From Nostoc sp. (GTDB lineage: Bacteria; Cyanobacteriota; Cyanobacteriia; Cyanobacteriales; Nostocaceae): DNA of 64,000 nucleotides. The notes below the pieces were generated by a model. That model searched no databases, had not been told where the DNA came from, and saw only the letters and a program-made list of their open reading frames with translations. The DNA lies in assembly GCA_036918135.1 (NCBI GenBank), contig JBALDB010000005.1, forward strand, positions 128,001 to 192,000. The letters are read 5' to 3'. This document shows, in pieces, positions 14,896 through 23,541 of the stretch (position 1 is the stretch's first letter; each line of letters opens with the position of its first letter). Position numbers and translations under genes: made by a program.

Positions 14896-16818
14896 CTATC
14901 TCCAAATCCGCCCCCGCCGGAAGAGAGGATCTGCCTCTGTTTTTTGTTGTTTTGCCATCTCTTTAAACCAGTAGCCGTAATCTTCCAATCCGGTTGATCG
15001 CGTCAGCCGTTCTTCGGGATCGAGCTTCAGCTTCAGAGGAATTTCTGCTTCCTCCCAGACGAGATTACGGCTAAGTGTTCCCACTGCCCGATTCGTTGTT
15101 TTATCTTCCAAGGTTGACCCTACTGTTTGATTCAAAGACCAATAGCGCACTAAGCCCAGTTCTCTCCCTGTCAGGGGGTACATTTGATTGGCTTCAATCT
15201 CTGCTTGCGATCGCGCATACCGCCACACCCGTACCTCCAGCAGTTTGCCCTGAAAGCGGGAATCTGCCACGTTTGGCTGTCCACCTAAATAAGTATTGCC
15301 AGACGACAAGACTGGGAAAATTGCCTTTTGATTGTCGTTGTGTACCCCGTTAATGTAGAGCTTCGTATCGCCGGGACGACTCCCCGCCCGTGCCACTGCA
15401 ACATGATACCAGCTTCCAGATGTGATGCCAGCACCCACGGAAGCGATCGCTTCACTAGAGAGGGGAGTCTGAAACTTCAGTTCGCCGCCTTCCAGATAAA
15501 ACAGCGTTTCTCCATCAGCAAAAATCAGCTGCTTGCCAGCATTTGTGGCAGGATACACCCAAGCTTCAATTGTGAAGTTTCCTTGCGGTCTGAGCGCTCC
15601 GCCACCAGTAGAGATCCCCTGATGTTTGTCATCAAGCACCAACACCATTTGGCTACCCTGCAATCTCACAGGGGGGATGGGTGGAGCGATTGCTGGGGCT
15701 GACGTTACAGGTGGATTCGATTCTACAGAGGGTTGAGGTGGAGTGGGAGCAACATTCGGTGGTGCGGAAGCTGGTTCTGGTAAGGTTCCAGATTGTTCGA
15801 TTGGAATAAACTGTCCGGGTAACACTGGAGACGGACTAGGTGAGATATTTGGCGAGGCGGTTGCAGTTTCACCCAGTTCTCCAAGTTGTTCGGTTGTACC
15901 TGTATATGTTAAGTTTCCATCAATATTTTCAATTCCATCTAAGACGATTGAGGTTTTGTTTGATGAACCATCCGCTCTCTTGCAAGTGGCTGATAGTACA
16001 TTTCCCTGAATAGAGATTTCAGTGCAAGTTTGTTGATAACTACTCGGTTTGTTCGGGTCAGTTAGTTTTAATTCTCCATCAATATTTTCAATTCCCTTTA
16101 AGACGATTGAGGTGTTATTGAGTGAACCATCACTTTTTCTGCAAGTGGCTGATAGTACATTTCCCTGAATAGAGATGTCGCTACAACTTTGTTGGTAAGT
16201 GCTACTGATTACACCTGGAGCGATCGCGGCATTCGAGGGTTGACCTGATGCAGCCGGACTGGGTGCAACATTCGGGGGGGCGCTTGCTGGTTGGCTTGGT
16301 AAGCTTTCGGATGCAGTTGGTGGAGATGAGCTTTCTGGAGCCGGAGAAGACACAGATTCAGCGCTTTCTAAAATCCACCAATCTTTAGTGTTTTCCGCAG
16401 TCGTAATGTAGCCAGCATAACTGGTATCAGCACACAGTTTTTGATTAGTGTAGGAAGAGTTGGTGAGGTAAACCCGCTCATCATAGCGAATTGCACCTCC
16501 CTTACCAGAAACTTTGGTAATTATCCAACTCTGTTTATTTTCATCGTAGCCATCTTGCCAATAGTAGCAATCGTGGCTATTGGAAAAAGCCCCTAAAATG
16601 TCATTATTACCTGTTGTTAATTCTGTTGTTTTGATTTTGATGCGACTTTGCGCTCTCACCACCTCACCTTCGGAGTTACCTACAAGTTGAAGCGTTACTT
16701 TTCCTGTGTTTCCTAATTGTGGCCAGTTGTATGTGCCGCGATTAACAGCAACTATGTATTGATTTGTTGCGTGCTTGAGATAAAAGGAGTCACCAAATTT
16801 AACGGTATTTTCAGCCAT
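14896..16818 (-). CDS. Multidomain lectin-like PatC/TenC/TruC fusion: beta-trefoil-like + CVNH (2 x 53-aa repeats) + LamG + PatC motif
   Basis: Residues 206-307 are two cyanovirin-like repeats (YQQSC.DISIQGNVLSATC...TSIVL.GIENIDG.L). LamG motifs FTIEAWV, WYHVAV, LYING, FQGKLLEVRVW. The C-terminal STGLEDYGYW...FRRGRIWR matches the PatC-family signature. Confidence 0.8.
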   Translation of the reverse strand: MAENTVKFGDSFYLKHATNQYIVAVNRGTYNWPQLGNTGKVTLQLVGNSEGEVVRAQSRIKIKTTELTTGNNDILGAFSNSHDCYYWQDGYDENKQSWIITKVSGKGGAIRYDERVYLTNSSYTNQKLCADTSYAGYITTAENTKDWWILESAESVSSPAPESSSPPTASESLPSQPASAPPNVAPSPAASGQPSNAAIAPGVISSTYQQSCSDISIQGNVLSATCRKSDGSLNNTSIVLKGIENIDGELKLTDPNKPSSYQQTCTEISIQGNVLSATCKRADGSSNKTSIVLDGIENIDGNLTYTGTTEQLGELGETATASPNISPSPSPVLPGQFIPIEQSGTLPEPASAPPNVAPTPPQPSVESNPPVTSAPAIAPPIPPVRLQGSQMVLVLDDKHQGISTGGGALRPQGNFTIEAWVYPATNAGKQLIFADGETLFYLEGGELKFQTPLSSEAIASVGAGITSGSWYHVAVARAGSRPGDTKLYINGVHNDNQKAIFPVLSSGNTYLGGQPNVADSRFQGKLLEVRVWRYARSQAEIEANQMYPLTGRELGLVRYWSLNQTVGSTLEDKTTNRAVGTLSRNLVWEEAEIPLKLKLDPEERLTRSTGLEDYGYWFKEMAKQQKTEADPLFRRGRIWR

Positions 16819-16887
16819 AGTTTTTCTCCAAACTAGTTGGTGGAGATGAGTTTTGTTGAGCAGAGAAAGCTGAGGGAGCTGGCGAGG

Positions 16888-17826
16888 TTAAGATTGGATC
16901 GGTCGAGTGTAAATTCCCAATTGCGCCAGAACATTTCGAGCGCTACCATAAGTGCCAAAGAAACCAATAATTTCAGAGCCTTGAGGCGCAGCCAGTGTAA
17001 ATTCTTCTACCTGCTTTTGAGAATTTTTTCCGCCAAACACATCAGATTGAGCGCCTTGATGGGTATGAAATTGAATGGTGATAATATCTTCTTTAGGAAA
17101 GCCAGAACTTTGTGTTCCCCACGTTCCAGAAACAGAAGTGAGATAATCTCCTGCGGCTAAAGCAAATGTACTGAGATTGTTTGCCTCGCCTACTGCTTCA
17201 GGAGGATTCGTTGTCGGGTTTTCATACTCGACTTGAATCTTGTCCACTGCCCAATCCGCACTCACGTTAATACTTTTAATCTTAGTTGCGGTTGTGTTTT
17301 CGGGTAGAGTTGAAAAATCGGTACCGGAGATTGAGCTGCCTACTGGGCCAACTTGTGTAATTACAGGGGCATTGCTTTCTAAAATCCACCAATCTTTAAT
17401 ATTCTCTGCTGTCGTGATGAAGCCAACATACTCGGTATCAGCACACAGGTTTTGATTAGTGTATGAACAGTTGGTGAGGTAAACCCGATCGCCATAGCTT
17501 ATTGAACCCTCACCAGAAACTTTGGTAATTACCCAGCTTTGTTTGTCTTCACTCCAGCCATCTTCCGAATAGTAGCAATCGTGACTATCGGCAAAAGCCC
17601 CCAAAATATCATTATTATCTTTTAAAGGTTCTTTGGTTTTGATTTTGATGCGACTTTGCGATTCCACCACCTGACCTTCGTTACCTACAAGTTGAAGCGT
17701 CACTTTTTGCGTTGTGTCTCCTAACTGTGGCCAGTTGTATGTTCCACGACCAACAGGAACTATATATTGATCTGTTGAGTGCTTGAGATAAAAAGTGTCA
17801 CCAAATTTAACGGTATTATCAGCCAT
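16888..17826 (-). CDS. Beta-trefoil-like N-domain (paralog of 14896-16818) + jacalin-like lectin domain
   Basis: N-terminal ~152 aa highly similar to the neighbouring gene. The C-terminus has jacalin beta-prism motifs (LAAGDYLTSVSGTWG, IQFHT, GSEIIGFFG...LAQLGIY). Confidence 0.75.
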   Translation of the reverse strand: MADNTVKFGDTFYLKHSTDQYIVPVGRGTYNWPQLGDTTQKVTLQLVGNEGQVVESQSRIKIKTKEPLKDNNDILGAFADSHDCYYSEDGWSEDKQSWVITKVSGEGSISYGDRVYLTNCSYTNQNLCADTEYVGFITTAENIKDWWILESNAPVITQVGPVGSSISGTDFSTLPENTTATKIKSINVSADWAVDKIQVEYENPTTNPPEAVGEANNLSTFALAAGDYLTSVSGTWGTQSSGFPKEDIITIQFHTHQGAQSDVFGGKNSQKQVEEFTLAAPQGSEIIGFFGTYGSARNVLAQLGIYTRPIQS

Positions 17827-17893
17827 AATGTTCCTCTAAAGAGTAAGAAAAGTAATTTGGATCGAGAATTTTGTGAAATGGTATCAAGAGAAA

Positions 17894-18124
17894 TTAGAGA
17901 AACGCCATGCCAGTTAAAGAGTCAAAGCAACCATAGCCAGAAGTTTTTAGTTGGTTATAGTTGCGGTTCTCAAAGGCTACCGGATCGTTAAAGTTTGCGC
18001 CGTGCAGCAATTTTATCCGAATGTTAACTAACTCTTCGACGCTGCCATGAACTACATCAACGGCTTCATGTGGCTGGATTAAATCAGGACGTTTTATTGG
18101 GGGGGATTGTTTAGGAAGTTTCAT
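17894..18124 (-). CDS. patB: Cyanobactin PatB/AcyB/McaB family protein
   Basis: MKLPKQSPPIKRP...VDVVHG...LLHGANFNDP signature. Confidence 0.88.
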   Translation of the reverse strand: MKLPKQSPPIKRPDLIQPHEAVDVVHGSVEELVNIRIKLLHGANFNDPVAFENRNYNQLKTSGYGCFDSLTGMAFL

Positions 18125-18197
18125 TGTTAGGTTTTTTTAAGTGAATTGGGGTGTATTTAAGCTTGGATAATGCAAGTCGCGTGAATACTCTTAATCT

Positions 18198-18977
18198 ATG
18201 TCGAGAAAATGTCGTCACTTCCAGACTGGGTATGCTTGCCACGTCACAATTCGTTGCAATAATCGAGAATTTAAACTGCAATAGCTAGAATGCCGCGAAG
18301 TATTTCTCTATGCCATCAAACAAGCTATCGACAAATTTAAATTTAAGCTGTACGCAGTCTGCATCATGTCAAATCACATCCACTACTTGATTGAACCTGC
18401 TCAATTTGATGATTTGCCAAAAATTATGCATTTCCTCAATTGGTATACTGCGATGTGCTTTAACCGGATGCTAAATCGCACGGGGCACTTTTGGGAGAAG
18501 CGATATTTTTGTGATGGCTTTCCCGCCTCAGATCGAGAACGGGCGCTCAACACACTGCGCTACATCCACGGAAACCTTAAATCAGCCAAAATTCGTTCGG
18601 GCTTTTTCTACGAGTTCAGCAATTACGGCAGCTATGACCAATTGACCCATGATGGCTTAACTCAATGGCATCCGGCATTCTTAACCCTTGGCAACAGTTT
18701 GGAAGACTGTGCCCGAAAGTACCGGGGATTTTGCAGGCGATACCAACAGAAAAGTAAGCCAGCGAGAAAGTGCTATTGGGGGAATAAACTTTTAGCTGGC
18801 TTGAACCTCAAGGGAGTCAAAAGCAGTGAAAAATCTCAACGATCAACTTCTGCTCCTTCCTCCCCTGCTCCCTTTCTCCCCATCCCATCATCACGGTGCC
18901 CACGGAGGTGCCAGGTATCGCAAAGCGCGAAGCGATCGCACCATCACCAGAAGCAGAAAAACGAAGTCAGTCCTTAA
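18198..18977 (+). pseudogene. REP-associated tyrosine transposase (RAYT / Y1 HUH family) with premature stop
   Basis: ATG at 18198 gives MSRKCRHFQTGYACHVTIRCNNREFKLQ*(TAG 18282)LECREVF...CIMSNHIHYL (HUH), GHFWEKRY, LRYIHGN; in frame with ORF 18366-18977. Confidence 0.85.
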
Positions 18978-19090
18978 TCATTTCCCGATTTTTCTGTCTC
19001 TCTCCCCATCATGGTGCGGCCAAAAGCCTCGTGATTCAATCCGCTCGAACCAGGCTCATAGACTGGGAAAGAAGTAATTTTGAGGGTAAC

Positions 19091-19303
19091 TTACTCCACG
19101 TCTTCTCCGTTATAAGAACACATCCCCATCAACTGATCGTCTTCATTACCCGTATTTGATGGTAGTACAGCTCCCATAGTAGGAGCATCAGCAAATTGGG
19201 ATAGGGTAAATTCAGATAGTTCTGCTAGTTGAGTCGGTAGCTGTCCCGTTGCGATCCGGTTGACGGGTTGAGCGGGTTGTGGCATCAGGTTTTGTTTGTC
19301 CAT
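19091..19303 (-). CDS. Cyanobactin precursor peptide E2 (predicted core NTGNEDDQLMGMC)
   Basis: MDKQNLMPQPAQPVNR leader, LAELSEFTL recognition sequence, AVLPS before the core, SYNGEDVE follower. Confidence 0.88.
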   Translation of the reverse strand: MDKQNLMPQPAQPVNRIATGQLPTQLAELSEFTLSQFADAPTMGAVLPSNTGNEDDQLMGMCSYNGEDVE

Positions 19304-19612
19304 GAGTTGATTCTCCGTTTTTGTGGTTAGTTGATGTCCCGTTGTTGAGCCTCCCTTGCTTTCTATGTCTAATCTCAGTGCTGTGGGAAGCTAAATCCCT
19401 AGATGCAGATTTTTAGGAAGCAGGAAAAACGTGTTTTAGTCTCCCCCACTTCCCTTAGTTACTCATTTTCCTCATCCTTCCCTACCTCCAAACCGGAGGT
19501 CACGGAAAGCCCCCAGATGAGGGCAATTGATAAGAGATTCATTCTTTACGAATTAGGCTCCCAGACAAAGAAAAGAGAGATTAGAGGGAGAAACGACGTG
19601 TAGAATTAAGCC

Positions 19613-19840
19613 CTATTCCTCGTCGCCATCATAAGAACAGACCCTTAAGCACACTCTGTAACCAAAAAGAGTACCAGGAGTTTCCGTCTGAAACGATGCT
19701 AGTACAGATGCACTAGAAGCCTCATCACCATACAGTTGCAAAGCTTCTTCCGACAGTTCTGCCAGTTCCGGAGGCACTTGTCCGCTTGCGATCCGGTTGA
19801 CGGGCTGGGCAGCTTGTGGCATTAGGTTTTTCTTGTCCAT
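19613..19840 (-). CDS. Cyanobactin precursor peptide E1 (predicted core FQTETPGTLFGYRVCLRVC)
   Basis: MDKKNLMPQAAQPVNR leader, LAELSEEAL, SVLAS before the core, SYDGDEE follower. Confidence 0.93.
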   Translation of the reverse strand: MDKKNLMPQAAQPVNRIASGQVPPELAELSEEALQLYGDEASSASVLASFQTETPGTLFGYRVCLRVCSYDGDEE

Positions 19841-19910
19841 GAGTTGATTCTCCGTTTTGTGGTTGGTGTCCCGTTGTCGAGCCGTTGCTCAGTCGGCAGG
19901 TCTGACCGCT
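19841..19910 (-). promoter_or_regulatory. Conserved precursor 5' leader element (other copies at 13683-13756 and, partial, 19304-19351)
   Basis: AGCGGTCAGACCTGCCGACTGAGCAACGGCTCGACAACGGGACACCAACCACAAAACGGAGAATCAACTC-ATG is conserved before all three precursor starts. Confidence 0.6.
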
Positions 19911-20031
19911 TTGTGAGGGTAATGGGAAGAAGTGATAGATAATTTTTCCCCTGCCCCTACTCCTCTTTTCCAGGTGAGAGCAATCGGTCGAGATTGATAG
20001 AATAGTAGAACTCTATCCAGGATTGTGTTCC

Positions 20032-20334
20032 ATGTCGCATACTCTGATTGATATTGGACAGTTGATTGAGGTTGCTCTCGATCACCACGGTAGTCGTCCA
20101 GTAATTGCAGGCACAGGTACGTCTGTTCGGCAGATTGTAGCTCTGTATAAGCAGGGTTATAGTGCCGATGAAATAGTAATGGATAAGAGTTACCTGACAC
20201 TGGCTCAAGTTCACGCTGCCTTGGCATATTACTACGCCAATCAATCCGCCATTGATACTGACCTAGATGCCGAAGCCCAAGAGTACGATCGCCTAGTGAC
20301 CATGCACCGAGAATTCTTGCAGGGGAAAGAATGA
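20032..20334 (+). CDS. DUF433 family antitoxin-like protein
   Basis: GSRPVIAGTGTSVRQIV...LTLAQVHAALAYYY signature; overlaps the next gene (ATGA). Confidence 0.88.
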   Translation: MSHTLIDIGQLIEVALDHHGSRPVIAGTGTSVRQIVALYKQGYSADEIVMDKSYLTLAQVHAALAYYYANQSAIDTDLDAEAQEYDRLVTMHREFLQGKE

Positions 20335-20696
20335 GCCAAATTAGTCTGTACTTAGACGAGGATGCAACCCACAATCGACTGTTGCAAGCACTTCGCAATC
20401 GAGGAGCTGATGTCATCTCCACCGCCGAAGCAGGGCGACTATCCAAGTCAGATGCAGACCAATTAGAATGGGTGTTTGTCAATCGAAGAGTCATTTACAG
20501 CTTTAATGTTAGAGATTTTTACCGACTTCACACAGAATGGCTAGAACAAAGTAAATCTCATGCTGGCATCATCTTGGGCAAGCAAGATTATACGATTGGG
20601 GATCAGATGCGGGGATTGTTGCAGTTGATAGCTACAAAATCTTTAGAGGACATGGAGAATCACATAGAGTTTTTGGGAGAGTGGATTAAACGGTAG
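20331..20696 (+). CDS. DUF5615 family PIN-like toxin
   Basis: LYLDED...SDADQL...RVIYSFNVRDF...HAGIIL, paired with DUF433. Confidence 0.85.
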   Translation: MSQISLYLDEDATHNRLLQALRNRGADVISTAEAGRLSKSDADQLEWVFVNRRVIYSFNVRDFYRLHTEWLEQSKSHAGIILGKQDYTIGDQMRGLLQLIATKSLEDMENHIEFLGEWIKR

Positions 20697-20771
20697 TGAA
20701 AGATTTGGAGAGCAATTGGGGAAATAAACTCCTAGCAGGTAATTTTCCCCCTACACCCTGCCCTGCGTTCC

Positions 20772-22799
20772 CTAATACGGCGTAGACCAAGTTCTCACAT
20801 CGCCCAGCGTTACCGGAATCAAATCGCTGACATCAATCGTGAACCGGAACACCTTTTTGGCACGGCGACTGTTTTCCGGGTCAAAGAACTTCAGCTTCAC
20901 ATCCCAACAATCGCTATCTACCCGACAGAAGGGACTTTTCTCTACCGTGATGCTGTCTAGTTCCATGCCGGTTGCTACGGCTTCGGCAAACGTGGAAGCC
21001 GCCTGGAAGGCATTCGTCGCTGCAAAGTTGAGCGCCCGGTCTTGTGACGTGGTGCCGAGATTTCGTAAATCGTAGTAAATCCGGTTGAGGAAACTACTCA
21101 ACGTGCGCCGAATCGGGTCTTCTTGGGCATCTCCGACGGTGGTTTGTACTGTCTGGATGGCAGCAGATACGAGTGTATTTATCTTCCAGCCATACATTCC
21201 TCGCGGGTTTTGCGGTGCCAGCAAAGGCACAGTCTGCCCAGAAAACAGCTTGACGGTGCGTCCGGTCAAAACTCCCGGAATACTCACCCGCTCTACATAT
21301 TCTTCGCTGCTTTCCGCTTGAATTTGCCCTGCCAATAGTTCTTGCAAAACGGCGTAGGTGTCTCGCGCAAATGCTCCTTGGGGTTCGATCGCATAAATTG
21401 GCGTCAATTCGATGTTCAATGTCCAAATGAGCGATCGCGATTCTGAAGGACTTACCGCCAAGTAATCCACCATCTGCCTTGCATCATAAGGGTTTGCTGG
21501 CACTACAATCCCATTGATGTTGTAGGCAGGCATCAGTTGTTTAAAAGAATCTCGCCTTGCTTCAGAGCCAAAGTCATAGCCAAGCGTCCCCAAAGCATAC
21601 ACCAGTTGACTCTCAGCAATTTCGCTGGGAGCTTGACTAGCTGTGACAAAGTTCGAGGTAGATTGAGTCATAGTGGGTACTTGTTGAGTCCTTGAGTGTG
21701 TGGATGGGGTAGCTGAGGAGACATTTGAGGGAGCGATTGAAGCAGCCGATTGAGACTGGTTTACAGGTGCAACGGCAAGGGTGGCGGCAGGTTCCACGGC
21801 TGTAGGTGTCTGCGCGAGGGATGCAACATCGATTAAGTCATCAACAGGGCGATCGGATGATTCGACCTGGCTTTGTTGGGTTCCACCACAGCCGCAGCCA
21901 GAAGCAGCAACCGCTGACAAAGTATCTGACACAGTTCCTCCAAATAAGTATTCAAGAGTTCCAGAGATATTGAGTTTGCCAACCAAACAGCGACTTGCAT
22001 CGGTTGTATCGGCTGGCGTACAGGGCAAAGCACTATTTAAGATTGCCGCCCTGACTTTTTGGGGATCGGGTGTTTCGCCCCGCTGAATTTGCAAACTTAA
22101 TAGCAGTGCTGCTACTCCCGTGGCGATCGGTGTAGCAAAACTAGTTCCACTCAACCGAGTTGTTCCGCCTCCTGGTTTTGCCCCCAAGATATTTTCGCCC
22201 GGTGCCAAAATGCCTTGAGCTTGGTAAGTTTTGCCCCAGTTGCTAAAGGCGATCGGCTTACCTTCGTCGTCCATTGCCCCAACCGCTAACACAGCTGGCA
22301 AAGCTGCCGGAACGTGTAAACAAGCACAACCATCATTGCCTGCTGCTGCCACAATCAGCACATTTTTTTCTTGACAAAGCTGCACCGCTCGCTTCAACCA
22401 TCCTTCTGCCTCACCTTCATCGGTAAGTTGCCCACCGCTAATATTGATGATGTGCGCCCCCGCGTTGACCGCTTGCTCGATCGCTCTGGCTAAATCGAGT
22501 TGGGACAACTGCCGTCCGGCATCTGCAAACACCGGTACGATTAATCCTTTACATTCAGGGGCAATTCCCCTAACAGTGCTACCCGACTGACCAAAGATGA
22601 TGCTGGCTACATGAGTGCCATGCAGAGACATCTCACCATGAGGATTTGCTTCCCCAGTAACCAGCGTCGGTAGCTGGATCAAGTCTGCTCCCACAAAACA
22701 GGGATGCTTCAAATCAGTCAGTCCGTCGAGTACAGCAATGCAAATTTGTGGGCTACCAGAGGTTTTTGCCCATAGTGGAGCCAGAGGTAAAAGATTCAT
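20772..22799 (-). CDS. patA: Cyanobactin maturation protease, PatA family
   Basis: S8 triad VLDG / HGTHVAS / SGTSFATP, ASGCGCG linker, and a C-terminal DUF homologous to that of PatG. Confidence 0.95.
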   Translation of the reverse strand: MNLLPLAPLWAKTSGSPQICIAVLDGLTDLKHPCFVGADLIQLPTLVTGEANPHGEMSLHGTHVASIIFGQSGSTVRGIAPECKGLIVPVFADAGRQLSQLDLARAIEQAVNAGAHIINISGGQLTDEGEAEGWLKRAVQLCQEKNVLIVAAAGNDGCACLHVPAALPAVLAVGAMDDEGKPIAFSNWGKTYQAQGILAPGENILGAKPGGGTTRLSGTSFATPIATGVAALLLSLQIQRGETPDPQKVRAAILNSALPCTPADTTDASRCLVGKLNISGTLEYLFGGTVSDTLSAVAASGCGCGGTQQSQVESSDRPVDDLIDVASLAQTPTAVEPAATLAVAPVNQSQSAASIAPSNVSSATPSTHSRTQQVPTMTQSTSNFVTASQAPSEIAESQLVYALGTLGYDFGSEARRDSFKQLMPAYNINGIVVPANPYDARQMVDYLAVSPSESRSLIWTLNIELTPIYAIEPQGAFARDTYAVLQELLAGQIQAESSEEYVERVSIPGVLTGRTVKLFSGQTVPLLAPQNPRGMYGWKINTLVSAAIQTVQTTVGDAQEDPIRRTLSSFLNRIYYDLRNLGTTSQDRALNFAATNAFQAASTFAEAVATGMELDSITVEKSPFCRVDSDCWDVKLKFFDPENSRRAKKVFRFTIDVSDLIPVTLGDVRTWSTPY

Positions 22800-23072
22800 T
22801 TGTCAAGAGCGATCGGAGGCTGTTAGATTTTCACTGAACAAATCACATCGTGTTAGAGAATGTTTGAAAAGTCCTTTTCTTGGTAGCAAAACGTTTTAGA
22901 TAACTCATTATCTCCCTTAAAAAGTAAGGCTGATTCATTGCTAAAAAGCTTTATAAATCATATTTATAGCAATTTAAAATTTATTATTTTATTAACTACC
23001 TATCTATTAAACAGACCATTACATTGTTATTTATATACTTAAAATTCTATTCAATCACCACCCAGAGAGCCT

Positions 23073-23222
23073 ATTTATAAAGTAAATATTAAGTAAGGTG
23101 TGTTACAGCTATGCAAGGATTTTGAAGTTTGAGAGAGTGAGGATTAGCCGCAGGGCACCATCTCTGTTGGTGCGTTCAGCGTTGCTATAACACACCCTAA
23201 AATTTAAGTTTACTTTATAAAT
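23073..23222. repeat. Nested palindromic REP/MITE-like element
   Basis: Outer IR ATTTATAAAGTAAA (23073) / TTTACTTTATAAAT (ends 23222), inner GGTGTGTTA / TAACACACC and GCACCA / TGGTGC. Confidence 0.65.
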
Positions 23223-23227
23223 CATCT

Positions 23228-23392
23228 CTAAATATTACCTGTACATTTTAATTCTCCATCAACATTTTCAAGTCCATTTAAGACAATTGAGGTTTTGTTT
23301 GGTGATTTATTTATCGAGCTTTTCACAAGTGGTTGATAGGACATTTCCATTAACAGAAACTTCGTGTAAATTTTTTGAAAGCTACTACTCAT
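23228..23392 (-). pseudogene. Frameshifted single-repeat cyanovirin-N-like (CVNH) gene
   Basis: AAGGAG RBS, then ATG; MSSSFQK.. / EVSVNGNVLSTTCEKLD / SPNKTSIVLNGLENVDGELKCTGNI* across two frameshifts; homologous to the repeats at 15898-16203. Confidence 0.75.
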
Positions 23393-23541
23393 CAGATTTT
23401 ACTCCTTCTACTTTGTTAGTAAATACTTAGTAATTTAATACTATACACACATTACAATAGCAAGTCAAAATACATATTAATCTTTTACAAAAATATAACG
23501 AACTTGTAAAAATAAAATAACCACATTATTAATTTGATTAA

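Noticed and set aside
19889..20494. 201-aa minus-strand ORF upstream of E1
   Set aside because: Antisense to the well-formed DUF433/DUF5615 pair and has no recognisable motifs.
6800..22799. Cyanobactin cluster as cargo of the CAST
   Set aside because: The CAST right end and TSD close at 6206-6211, so the cluster lies outside the element. I found no further Tn end or tRNA 3' duplication bounding it.
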